From: Pavona decussata
Lineage: Eukaryota
Direction: 5' to 3'
Length of the DNA stretch: 64,000 nucleotides
NCBI GenBank assembly: GCA_977016875.1
Contig: CDRNST010000226.1
Location: 620,001-684,000 of the forward strand
This document shows, piece after piece, positions 1 through 12,279 of the stretch. Position numbers and translations under genes: made by a program. How positions within the stretch are numbered: the stretch's first letter is position 1; each line of letters starts with the position of its first letter. The notes below the pieces were generated by a model. That model saw only the letters and a program-made list of their open reading frames with translations, was not told the origin of the DNA and searched no databases.

Positions 1-1435
1 ATCTAGCCCCTTACTTTTCACTTCTACGAGCAATGATGTTTGAATCACTGTTATTTCACTTTGCAAAAATGTATATTGAAAAAAGCAGTACCATATCCTC
101 CAACCGGTCTCATTTGAACTGTCATACTTAAGGATCCGATTCTAAGAAACAGCAACACAACCAAATACTAAACTATAGCTATAGAACGTTCATGGTTCGT
201 CGCACTTGAGGATTTCATCCACATACCCGAGCATTAGAATTACCTTTCCTGTCTCAAGTTTTGATCAGTTATGGGATTGATTTACCTTACACTGTAGCAA
301 AGAAAAGAAAAAAAAATATAATCTTTATTACCATTTTGATAACAACGCTGATTCCGAATGTCTAATCTGATTCTGAAGGTTATTCGTAAACCCCTTGCTT
401 ATAGTAATATATGAAGCCTTGGCAAAGTGACCCTCGTTTAACAGTAAAACAGTATTGTGACCGCAAATTTCCACTGGGGTGAAGGGGTTGGGGGGGGGGG
501 GCTCCCCTGTACATATGGGTTTGTGGGGCTGAGTGAAAGAAAATTATTTCCGAGCCACTTTGGACTGAAAGTGAGCATAGAATTTTTCTCGTCGTGAGCT
601 TAAATAGGTTACTTAAGTCAGATCTACTGGGCTGAAAAAAGATATAAAGCTTGAGATAAAAAATTTTCTCTCACTCTCCCGGGTGAATTTGTACGTTTCT
701 GAAGAGGGGAACGCGTAGGTTCTTACCACAGGGAGTCATTAAAACAACATCATGATATAACTTCACTGTATTAAAAGAAAGATGTATCAATTAGCTTTTG
801 TCAAAGGCCTTGACCGGCTTCTACTTTTACAGTCTACAGAACGCAAGATGTTTTGACAAACCGTAACAGTTTGTGTGTATTGTGCATGGTTTGTTTGATC
901 GAGCAGAGAAGGAATACATGCAAACGATACCCCTATTATTGCTCTGCCGACATCCTTACGCCGCAATATCAGTTTCATCATATGATCCTGATATAGCGCA
1001 ATCACACAGTTATAAACGACAGCGAAGAATGTGACCTCGTATTAATTCATATTATCATAATTCAACTGTAAATCCTGGAGTTGATTTGCTCCATTTGTTT
1101 AGTAATAGAAATCAAAGTGGGCTGCTTTGGCAGTGAAAATTGAAGACTGACTCAACTTATATATCACAAGTAAAACGTATAAGTTGAAGCTACTATTTAT
1201 TGTGTTGTTAAAATATTAGCCATGTGTTTGTCGAACACGACTGTCATATAGCCGAGGCATTGCTTCAAGTAACATATGACCAGCTGCTGTAAAGTTTAAT
1301 CTAGCTGAATAGAGTTGTAAAGAAATTTAATGTTTACCAAGGTGTTTTGGAAAATCCGTAGTACTGTTTAATGTTCTATTATCACAAAAGCGCAGATGTT
1401 GTTAAACATTGTCTGGCAAAGGTAACAAAGTGCTC

Positions 1436-1471
1436 CATAAAGGGAACCGCCATCCACCTTCACTCTTACTC
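1436..1471 (+). promoter_or_regulatory. Putative core promoter of the astacin gene (TATA-like CATAAAG, Inr-like TCACTC/TTACTC 26-32 nt downstream)
   Basis: Motif spacing only; lies ~55-85 nt upstream of ATG 1522. Confidence 0.3.
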
Positions 1472-1521
1472 TACAAAACGTAGTCCTCTGTACCTTATCC
1501 AAGCGTTCAGTCTCCGCCAAG

Positions 1522-4500
1522 ATGAAGATAGTGTTCATCTTCCTTGTCACAATTTGTGGTGCCTTCGGTAAGTCTATTTGTCCATCAAAATCATAATATA
1601 CTAAATTTACGACAGAGGCAAATTATATCACCCTGTGGTACCCATTTTCATGACTCCCACCAATATCCAGATCGAGTAGGAGTTGTGATATTTTGATTTT
1701 GAAGTCTTTGAGGACGAAGGACAACCGGTGAACCCAGAGAAAAAAACCGTCAAAGCGAGCACGAGAACTAGTAACAAACTCAACCCTTGTACTCATATAT
1801 GATGCCGATTTTAGAATTCGAACCCAACGACACTGATGACGGGAGGAGGTCATTCTTGCTCCTTTTGTTGGGTCAACCTCTTCAGTGCGTCAATTGAAGT
1901 GGAATTATTTCAAGGAGAACCATTTTCCCGTGGTTTTTCCTTTCCACTTTATTTTCAATCAAGAAATGGAACCACACCAAAAAGAAAGCCAGTTGGCATT
2001 AATTACTTATTTAATTACCATGATTGTAACATGTTAACTCAACCTCGTTTATTTCTCCAGCTAGTGAACTGAACCATTAACGTTCTTTGCAAAAACCTCA
2101 GAAGTTGCTCATTTGTGTTTTTCTTGTAAACTTATTGAACTTCGAGCATGTCACATTAAAGAATCTTGGACCTTCTCGGTTATACTTAACAACGCCCCTA
2201 AGTCCTACACGAACCCTTCTTTCTTAGATTGGTTGCTTGATTTAATGTAAATTATCCTCGTGTTCATCACGTTGAAACAATTGTTTCTCCGTTGCCATCT
2301 CATCGCCGTCTGTTTAATTGTTAGGTGAGCTGAAGTCTCCAAGGCCACCAGGCTTTGGCACCTTTACGAAAAACTTCAAATCACGTTCATCCCTGCAGGA
2401 AGGAGGTAAGTAATAACCTACATACCATTAACTTTAGTTTCACCTGGAAAATCAAAACTGTTTGTTGAGAAAGTACCTCTTGAGTTGTAAAAATTAAACA
2501 TGGTTAGACCTTGGTGATCATTGACGACAGGCTCTCCTAAAATGTGTTTATCTATGTCTATAACACGAATGACAAATGAAGGTAAATATCGTACTCGTAT
2601 CGTATCGAATTGAAAAACAGGTATCGATTTATCGATTCCTTGCTAATTCTGTACTTGGATCTTTAAACTCGTTCTACGCACTCGAGGCAAAGCTAAACAT
2701 AGTTTTTTTTTCGTCCAATGCGCGTTTTCCATGCTTGATACCCGATGTTTCAATGTGCCGCTACCCAGGGTTGGTGAATTCATGGTATCGATTGCGTTTA
2801 CGGACCTGATTGATCGGATGTGATTACGTATATGTTATGTCTAATTATGATGCGTTTTATTCTTAGATGTGGTAGAAGGTGACATCGTGTTGGACAAAAG
2901 GAATGCTGCTCTTTACAGAGGCGAGAGGAATGCTATGAAGAACGTTAATCTGTGGCCAAACGGAGTTGTGCCTTACATTCTTGACTCAAGTGTTGGTGAG
3001 AAAGCTTCTGTTATTGGTTTTTTAATTTAACTTGGCAATGCCAAAACTCTTAAAAGAAAAAACAGAAAAAACATTATTATGATTAAGTAGTTGACCAGTC
3101 TGAAATGTTGCATTCTCGAATTCATTCACTTCAAAATTCCGGAACTTTTATTTGGAATGTATGTGTAAGAAACACGAAAAGACTTCTTAGGGATTTGGTT
3201 AATGCCCAAATGGAAGATTCTAAGGATAAGAGGAATTTCATGAAAGCTACATTGTAGCCCAAAATTTCCGTACGGAAAACGTGCGTTTCATTTGCTTCTT
3301 TAATAACATCCCTGCAATTTAGGAACGTATCCTTAATTATACCAAGATTGGTCCGACACTTTCGACGTTAATTCCAGTGTAAATGCAACACGATATATCA
3401 CGGTCAAAAAGAAGGCAGATAATTCGTGACATGTATTTGGAATACTGCATTCATCGCGGTAGAAGTGTGACGACCCATTGAGGCCTTATTTTGTTGTTGT
3501 TGTTGTTGTTCTTTTATCGTGTAGATGATCACCTGCGGTCCCAGATTGACGAAGGAATCAAGGAGTACCACAAGTACACTTGTCTGCGGTTTGTGAAGAG
3601 GACAACCCAACGTGACTACATCAGGGTTAAGAAGCCAGCGTCAGGGTAAGACTACGAAGGAACCTTTACTCTCTTCATTAACACATTGAAAAGAAAGGCA
3701 ACAGCAACAACGTAATGCTCAGAAACTTTTATTTGGATATTTGCAACAAAATACCTATAGCCTACGTAGCAAGCTTTTCCATCGAGTTTGGTGCGTTTTT
3801 CGCTTTTTGACGGAGAGAAAATTGGGACGAGAGCATAAAAGCGGAGAAGGGGGAGGGGAGAGGAGAGAGATGTCATTACCTTCTCTTCTCTTCTCTTCCC
3901 TCCCCCTCCTCCATTTTTGTGCTCTCGTCCCAATTTACACGCGGTCAAAAAGCGAAAAATGCGCGAAACGCCTCGTGTTGTATTAAACCTTAGACTAGCA
4001 TGGCTTTCAGAGGGGGGTGGGGAGGGGAGCTACAATAGCGGTTATGTAGTCTTGAGAGCCGCGTTGAGTCATCAGAGGTGCGTGGCCCCTGTGACACGAA
4101 TTCATGCCAATTTACAATATCTCAGATTATAATTAAGGACTCTGTAACTATACGTTGAACTACAAGACTGGAAGAGGCTTAACTTATATTTTTCTTACTA
4201 GATGTAACTCTATGGTCGGCGCCGTTGGTGGGGAACAAATCCTGAACATGGGGGATGGCTGTCAGTATGTGGGACTTGTTCTTCACGAGTTCGGTCACGC
4301 AATCGGCTACTATCATGAGCACAACAGACCAGACCGTGACGACACAGTTGAAGTCAAGTGGGACAACATTGTGTACGGTAAGAAAACCAAATGAACTGAT
4401 AGCTGTTTCTGCGATTTGATATCTTAGTAATCAAAGTACATGGTTAATATGCCAGTTAGCTTTTCCACTTGCAACTAAACCTTGACAGTCTTAAAACTGA

Positions 4501-5510
4501 TGTTCTTAGATATCTGAAAAAGTTCGGGTGATTTATGGTAAATTGCAAAAGTCCTCGGCTAATCGTTGGCAATCTCCAGAAATGCTTTGGAGATCTTGGA
4601 TAGCATTCCAAAATTTCCCATTATCTTCGGTTAACTTCATCTTCCCTTCGGATCCACCAAGAGGTCAGGGGCACCCAACGACAGTTTTCTCTCAGATCCT
4701 TTGAAACGCTATTTTAGGCCATCTGGAGTGCCTTTAAAGCTCTGTAGGTTCATTTTAGGCTGCGCTATAATATTTTTATCTGTTCGGTCATTCTAGGGGA
4801 ACTTCAGTCCTGGTCTTATTTCGTTTCCGAAAATCTTAGCTGACCTTTTCTCGGTACCCGAAATGACATTTTTATCAATCCGAAAACACTAGACCTTAAA
4901 TATTCCATATCACGAAAGTTCTAGGTGAAAATTTCCCTCAGAAAATTGTAGGCGATTAAGGGCCTTCCGAACAAATAATTTATCGAAACGGGGAGTCCGT
5001 TGGTGCCCCCTGAGAGGTAGCTTCTTCTTCGCTGAATTTTTCACTTGTGTTACACTCCCCACGTTGTACTTGTTTGTACGCAAAATGTATATAAAGATGT
5101 ATGAATTTAACTCATTGATCTACCTCATCTTCTTTGTTCATCAGGTTTTAAGGATGCCTTCTATAAGTACACTTGGGATGAGGCTGATGTCCAAGGCTTT
5201 AAATATGATCTAACCTCCATCATGCACTATGAAAACACTGCTTTTACCAACGGCTACTGTCGCCCAACCATGCTGGTTAAGAATGACTACTCGTACGAGG
5301 TTACGCCTGTTTATCTGAGAAAATTCAGTCCTCAGGATATACAGAAGATCAACAAGCTTTATGGCTGTCAGACAAACCAGCTACCACCAACCGGTAAGAA
5401 TGGAACCACGACACGCAGTAACTATTAAAAAAGTTAGTAATTGACAAGAAGTAGGTAATTTTCCATTTTAATAATTAATTGACTAACTGACTTATCGGTC
5501 GATTAATTAG

Positions 5511-5541
<31 letters not shown>

Positions 5542-5576
5542 GTGGGTCAGGTTGGTTAATTGGTTGATTGATTGTC

Positions 5577-5621
<45 letters not shown>

Positions 5622-5625
5622 AATG

Positions 5626-5669
<44 letters not shown>

Positions 5670-8600
5670 AGTTGGTTTGATATTTGGTTANNNNNNNNNN
5701 NNNNNNNNNNNNNNNNNNNNNNNNNNNNNNNNNNNNNNNNNNNNNNNNNNNNNNNNNNNNNNNNNNNNNNNNNNNNNNNNNNNNNNNNNNNNNNNNNNNN
5801 NNNNNNNNNNNNNNNNNNNNNGAATGATTATCAGTTTTCACCAGTGCCGTGGAAGGCAAAGTGGCGTAACAGTCCTCATGCTTGAATGATCATTGCTTTA
5901 TCTTATGAGGTCTTCGAACAATAAACCTTAATTTAACTTACTTCCTCTTTTTGCCTTTTTTTCTAGTTTTACCAGGAGACGGAAATCCGGATCCATCTCG
6001 TAAGTTAACAAATCAAATAAACATCCTTATTTCCTTGAATTCTGTAAAGTACAATTTAATATTCTAAGTCACAAGCTAACGGTTGTGACTAGTTGTTGCC
6101 GAATGTTTTCCTTAGAATGGCCCAGTATTTTTCTGCCGTGATGATAACTTATCAAAGAACTAGGCGACCAGATAGTAATCTATAGCCGCGCAAGCTGTGA
6201 GGCTTTTACTGACAAGTACTGGTTTTTCCTGAACTGCTTATGCTCGCGTATGCAGACCCGGGATGCAGACTCACAGGCTCAGTAATCCAAAGAAAGACTG
6301 CGGTTCCCATCAGCGTTTCATTAGTTCTACTGACACAATGCAAGGCATGCAACCTAACCTGTGAAACCTCAGCAAAAAAAGTTGCAAACCTGCGAAATAG
6401 TTTGCTTAAATTAACTTTAACTGCACTGTGCGATTAAACACAGTGATTAGTGATTCTGTAACGACTGGTGAACGAATGACCGCGTCGTCGTGAATGTCAC
6501 TTACTGTCCTCTCAGCATCCATATGTAGATTGCGATAGACACCGTGCTTCAAATAATTGAAGCTGTCCTAAGTCCTACATGCAATTTCTAATCGCCTCAT
6601 TTCTCCCTTCTAGAATGCAAATGTGAGGATAAGTACGACAGTTGTGGGAGTTGGGCGAGTTCAGGCGAGTGCGGCCTCAATCTGAACTGGATGTCTACCA
6701 ACTGCCCCAAGAGCTGCAGGACCTGTGGTGGTATGACTATTTCATTCATACTATGTCCAACTTCAGTATTAATTTACCTGTCTTAAAGGATGGACAGAAG
6801 AGCAGGGACCCTTAATACCAAAGATTGTCAAGTTACTAAATTTGACGTTTCCTCAGTCACCACGCCCATTACAAACTGAACTGAAACCCTGGTAGTTCTT
6901 TTTTTGAGACAAGCCCGCTGTAACTTCGCATTCCCTCTCTCTCCGGCTCTACCTGACACATTCAATTGCTTGGACTACATATTGGAGTTTACGGTAGCTA
7001 TAACTAATGTTACAGGCACTACTGATTTAGTGGATAAAATAGTAACAAGTGTCTATATGGACCGAATCGCAATGCGAAGGCTTTTTGACTTCACACTTGA
7101 TCGGGACAAAGCTTCGACTTTACAATGCGACGCGCCTTACCGTGGCCACCCAACAAACTTTTTTTAACAAGTAAGCCAATCAGGATACGCGGATTTGATT
7201 AACGGTCACGCCTCCGTGAAAAGTCCAACAGGCAAGTGACGCATCAACGAATTATTGAAAACATGTCGTTTTGTATTTTATGAACAAGGAGGAAGATATC
7301 CTGATTGGTTAATTTGTTAAAAAAGTTTGTTGGGTGGCCACGGTAAGGCGCGTCGCACTGTAGATCATACGATGGTAAAAAGTGTAAAGTGTACCTGTAT
7401 TTGTTTACCCACGCAGAACCGGTGAGCTATTAGGAACTCGTTTCAAACGTGTCTGTGGTATTATTGTCATGAACTAATTCACTTTTTAAATATTTTTTCT
7501 GTTTCAGAGCCTCCTTCAGGTGAGTGACCCTCATTATCGATGATTCGATGGAGTAGCTCATTGTTTTTAAGGTTCACTAATGAAAGGATCGAGAGACGTT
7601 CAGCTCTGAGATCCATGAAAGTTTAGCAGTTCTCTTAATGTGAACTGGTACAATTAAGTGTATGTCGCACTTTAGTCTCAGAAACGCTTATAAAAGACAA
7701 ATCAGGAGGCAAATAAGAAGTGATACACTTAACTTTGTGAGATGAAACATGAAACTATAACAGAGTGCAAAATTCGATTCTTAACTGAAACTTGACTTCA
7801 CCACTCGACATGGTGAAAATGCAATGTAAGGATTACTAGTGCTAGGCCGCCATACCAAAAATAAAAATGACCAACACCATTACCACCATTATACAATTAC
7901 GGCTGCTTAACTATCAACTACAACCGAGAAGATCCACGCTTGTTGAAAAAATAAATAAATAAATAAATTTTATACGAGCAACAATTAGCCTAAAAGTGAG
8001 ATTATAATGTCCTTTACCAAAATAATGTTGACTGAAAACCTTTTCGTCAGATTTTTATCAAAATATTGCTTCTGGTTATCTGTCCATTTTAGACTGCCAA
8101 GATTTATACCCCGTGGCGTGCGAGGGCTGGGGCCAAGGCGGTGAATGCCAAAAGAACCCAATCTGGATGAAAGAGCATTGTAAATGGACATGTTACCAGT
8201 GCCCAGGTGAATAACGCGTTTCTTAACGGGATATTAAATGCCAATAATAATATATTAATCCAAACGAAACCAGTCTGGATGAAAACGTATTGTAGTAATA
8301 AGCTTTTATTTAAAAGAGAAATGTTCAAAAGGCGACAGATAAAAGAATGCACTTTCAGTAAGCTTTTAGAACCATCCTTACAGACCAAGGAGCAGATATT
8401 GGGGACGAAGAAAAGTTCGAAACGGCGGAAAATTTGTTGAAGAAAACTAGTCCTTTTCTTCGTCGATTTTTTCCAGCCCTTTTCGCCTTTTTCCTCGTCC
8501 CCATCATGATCTGCTCCTGAATCTCCGAGGATATTTTAGAACCAAATGTCCGTCTCAAGGAGTACAAAATGAAACCGATCTTGCTGAGGAAATAGAAGTA

Positions 8601-11600
8601 TAGATAAATATCAGGATAAACGTTCGGTGGGTATTTGTATTCAGGCATAATGAAAATTCTACAAATTCTACATACCTTGCTTGTATGGCCATCATATTTC
8701 TCCAACGCACCGAGATTATGCTTTTAGGTCTACTTTCCATTGATCTTTTTTTGTTATTTTCAAGGTCAAACAACTCCAAAACCCTTTACAGGAACTACTC
8801 CAGCACCCAAATGCGAAGATAAACACGCCTCATGTCCAAATTGGGCGAGCACAGGAGAATGCGGCTTGAACCTTGACTGGATGTCTGTAAACTGTGCCAA
8901 GAGCTGCAGAACTTGTGGCGGTAGGACGACTTAGTTACATTGCATTGTTTAAAAGGGGTTCGTTTAACTTAACGTGAATACGCTACACGTGAGAAGGAAC
9001 AGACTCAAAGATAGCCGGGTCGGGGCGAAGATGTTACGTGCGAAATCGGGACTTTTCTAGTCCCGATTTCGCCCGTAAAATCTGTACCCCGGCGCGAATA
9101 TCTGCCCATGGTTCTTCGAGGATGCAACTAGAGGGGCGAACTATCGACTATCTCCTCATCAAAGACATTTAAAGTAAACACCAGCTCTTGAACGAAAAAT
9201 TGTTAAAAAAAAAGAAGGAAAGAAAAACGCGCTACGTTCGTGCCTTAGCCATTTGCCTTACAAGGAATTGAGACCAACATGCGACTCTCTAACCTTCATT
9301 AACGTATTGCTTTCGTAAAAACGTTGCCACTGTTTGAACGCGCGGAAATTGGAACGAGAGAGAAGAAAACGAAGGAAGGGGGAGGGGAGAGGAGAGGATT
9401 GCTTGTGGTGTTCTGTTTAATACTCATTTCTCCTTTTCCTCTTTATTTCCTTGCAGAGCCACCATCAGGTAAGCTAGAGTGTATAATAAATTTTTATCTG
9501 GAGCAATATTAGAAAATTACAACTGAAATATAACAAATTCATATAGTCACCGACGGAAATCATCTCTTAGTTTGTATCGCGTAGAAACAGTCGGATCAGC
9601 TGCAGAAGGCAATGAATGAAGACAATTAAACCTTTTCTCTAAATAACACACGTTGTATTTGAAACATTTCAAATATCATCTGCCTGGAGTCTCCAAAAAC
9701 GTCTTCACAATGTTTTTACAGTTATTATCGCTTCTCGTCTCAGACGTATTTTACAAAGACATTTGATGCACCCTACCAACTTGTTTCCAGTGACAGAAAT
9801 GTCTAAATTATTTGTTGGGCCGATCAGATCAACCATTGATTCAACGTATGCCGGTGGGATTATCGTCCGCGGTAGGCTCGATTTCCGCCGCTCACTTGGG
9901 TCCGGGCTTTCCTCGTCCACGGTTGTTTGTTTAGACATTACTCCAAATTATTGTTTCTATTTCCTGGTTTTAGACTGTAAAGATTTATACCCGGTTGCGT
10001 GCGAGACCTGGGGCCAAGCAGGCGAGTGCAGCAAAAACCCGGCCTGGATGAACGTCAATTGCGAGAAGACGTGCAAGCAGTGTACAGGTGAACATACGAT
10101 ATCATGAGTACTTGAGTAACACTGCTCTATATTGATAAGACCATGCTGCTTTCAGACTCTTTGTGAAACGAAATATCCCGGCGACGCCCTCGGCCCAACG
10201 TGCCTCGGTTTGGTGACATTTTCTCTGCATATGAGCAAGGGTAGACCAGCAGAGTGTACGCTAATGAGATATCATGAATTGTATGATTGACATCACAAGG
10301 TGTCCCCTCACCTTAATTTCTCATTAAAACACACATAATTCTGTCAAACATGAAGTCATATGAAAACGACAAAAAGCCTGTTTTATATGAAGGGTTAAGT
10401 GCATTTCTGGACATAAGTGGAGTGTAGCTAACGGTCGTGGGTAGTGGGTAGAGGTCGTGGGACCAGCAAGTTCTATGTATAAGATGCACTAGAGTATATT
10501 AGTTTTAGTGCCCTACAGCTATGCCACAATTAAACCCTTGTTAAACACTATAACTATCAACTACTTTATCCTTTTCAAGGTGGAGCAACTCAACCTCCTA
10601 CACAAGCTCCCCAGACTCAGCCTCCTCAGCCTCCGCAGCCCACCACAAAGCCTACTGGAAATTGTAAAGATGTTTATCCACAGTATTGCCCTGACTATAA
10701 GAAACAGGGAATGTGTTCAACTCATGTGAACTACATGTCACAAGTCTGTCCCAAGACCTGCGGATTTTGTGGTACGTGGTGGACTGAAGTGCAGTCTCTA
10801 CTCAAGGACAAAATTGTCATAATATTTAAGGTTTATTTCCTAAAACCAATGTACATACAACTGAACAACAGTTAATTTTAACCTTTCCTCAAATATGGGT
10901 GTGTCCACTCTTTAGACTAAGAGACATGGTGAGGTTGGTAATTCACATTACAACAGGAACTGAAAGTACTACTCAGTACAATCGACAGCTTCACTGAAAA
11001 GTCAGGATTACTTTGTGCAGCTGATTACATTGAATTGTTTTACCACAGGAAAGCTATTGCTGCTCAGTAATGCACCGATCAATTTGAAATTTCAACACCC
11101 CCTCCCACCCCCGCCATGTATTTGAACTTTTGGAGACCGGCTTGTTCAAATTCCCACCTCCCACGGCCAAAACAGCCTTTCAAATACTCTACCCTTGAGT
11201 ACTTCAAGATCTCTCCTGGAAAACAAATTTTCAGCTTCAGTCAATCACTATTCGTGTTTTGCAAACAGTGATACATTAAGTGGTACCTCCAAAAACTCTT
11301 TTGAAACCACTTCGGAAATGAACCGTTGGCTTGCAAGGGCGAAACCCTGTCCTTGTAAAACTCCTCAACTTTCCGCGTGCGAATTCCACTAAACCAAAAG
11401 ATTTTAAAACGGTTCACATTCTCTACTTTCCGCGTACGGCACACGGTCGAATGCGCAGGGCATGCCCGGGGAGAATGTTGAGGGTTTGACCCAATCGGCG
11501 CATAACTAAATTTATTTGCATGAGGCAAATTCCATTTAATCTACAGACTCCACCAAAAGTTAGACTCGGGTATAATCTGCACCGATTATTAGGTGTTAGA

Positions 11601-12159
11601 CATCTCACTTGAATTCATTGCTATCTTAGGTGGAGGTGGTTCAGGAAATTGTAAGGATGTGTACCCACAGTACTGCCCAGGGTACAAGCAACAGGGCATG
11701 TGTACTGACCCCAACTACTTGGACTACGTCAAGGAGGTCTGCAAGTACACGTGCAATCTCTGTGGTAAGTTCACGGTGGGTTTTCTCCTGCTCCATGAGA
11801 ATCTGATAAACTTGCATGGCCTTTTCCCTGATAAATCCTAGTTTGTTTATGGAACGGAACCTAGCAATTAAGTTCACAAACGTCCGGTTAACCCTGTTAT
11901 ACCTGATATATGTGATAAGACTGGTTGAGACAACCAGAGATACCAAGAATCACCAGACAATAACTGTTGGCATCTTGTAAAAGCGTTACTGACCCAGAAC
12001 ATTACAGGCGCTTTGTCACTTAGGTTTCTGTTTTAAGTTAGGGTTTAAGTAATCGAGTTTTAGTTTGCTTTTACGATCCTTCTTTGACGAATTAACAATT
12101 TTTAGCAATCTTTTCTTCAAGTAAATAAGGAAACTATCTACTTTTTTGCCTTAGGTTGA
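1522..12159 (+). CDS. Secreted astacin-family (M12A) zinc metalloprotease with six ShKT domains, ~563 aa; join(1522..1567,2325..2405,2867..2995,3525..3645,4202..4377,5145..5393,5967..5999,6614..6730,7508..7519,8093..8206,8765..8920,9457..9468,9974..10087,10580..10771,11630..11764,12155..12159)
   Basis: All introns are GT-AG and phases chain into one open frame (1692 nt including TGA). Signal peptide MKIVFIFLVTICGAFG; prodomain EGDI motif; mature start R/NAMKNVNLWPNGVVPY; zinc motif HEFGHAIGYYHEHNRPDRD; Met-turn SIMHY; six 6-Cys ShKT domains ending CxxxCxxC. The N gap at 5691-5821 lies in an intron. Confidence 0.93.
1700..1850 (-). mobile_element. tRNA-derived SINE fragment
   Basis: Minus strand has B-box-like GGGTTCGAATTC followed by GGGTTGAGTTTGTT...TTCTCTGGGTTCACCGGTT, similar to the copy at 21600-21818. 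Confidence 0.55.
3757..3970. mobile_element. Foldback MITE-like element in an astacin intron
   Basis: Arms AAATTGGGACGAGAGCATAAAA..GGGGGAGGGGA and TCCCCTCCCC..TTTTTGTGCTCTCGTCCCAATTT; a partial related copy lies at ~9335-9396. Confidence 0.6.
4202..4377 (+). CDS. Astacin exon carrying the zinc-binding motif HEFGHAIGYYHEHNRPDRD
   Basis: Astacin signature HExxHxxGxxHEHxRxDR; acceptor cttactag at 4201, donor gtaag at 4378. Confidence 0.96.
4666..5012. mobile_element. Non-autonomous DNA transposon with ~15-bp TIRs and a 6-bp TSD
   Basis: TIRs CAGGGGCACCCAACG / CGTTGGTGCCCCCTG; AGAGGT duplicated at 4660-4665 and 5013-5018. Confidence 0.75.
5145..5393 (+). CDS. Astacin exon carrying the Met-turn (YDLTSIMHY) and the end of the catalytic domain (DIQKINKLYGC)
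   Basis: Canonical astacin YDxxSIMHY and DixkinxLYxC motifs; phase 1-1 exon of 249 nt. Confidence 0.95.
5510..5669. repeat. (GATT)n microsatellite next to an assembly gap
   Basis: Directly visible tandem GATT with a few variants. Confidence 0.95.
5691..5821. other. Assembly gap (N run)
   Basis: Run of n. Confidence 1.
7123..7360. mobile_element. Tc1/mariner-type MITE (TA TSD, ~65-bp TIRs)
   Basis: TA-CAATGCGACGCGCCTTACCGTGGCCACCCAACAAACTTTTTT ... AAAAAAGTTTGTTGGGTGGCCACGGTAAGGCGCGTCGCACTG-TA. Confidence 0.85.
9014..9093. repeat. Short GC-rich hairpin, probable MITE remnant
   Basis: Perfect core CGAAATCGGGACT-tttct-AGTCCCGATTTCG with imperfect outer arms. Confidence 0.5.
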
Positions 12160-12273
12160 ACTGTTTAAAGAAGAAACAAGCTGATGAAAAACGACTGAGC
12201 TTAAATGCAGTCAACTTCCTGGGGAACACTTGATTACTGAAAAATGAAATGCTTGTAGATGGAATTCCAAGCT

Positions 12274-12279
12274 AATAAA
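12274..12279 (+). terminator. Polyadenylation signal AATAAA of the astacin-ShKT gene
   Basis: AATAAA ~115 nt after the TGA at 12157-12159, followed by a T-rich tract. Confidence 0.6.

Noticed and set aside
2061-2080. Extra astacin exon after the acceptor-like tttctccag
   Set aside because: Reads into TAA after six codons in the required phase and has no convincing donor; 1567 to 2325 already keeps the frame.
6614-11764. ShKT domains as classical Kv1 channel-blocking toxins
   Set aside because: At the position of the ShK Lys-Tyr dyad the six domains have NW, IW, DW, AW, NY and DY, so the key Lys is absent; no dibasic release sites lie between the domains.
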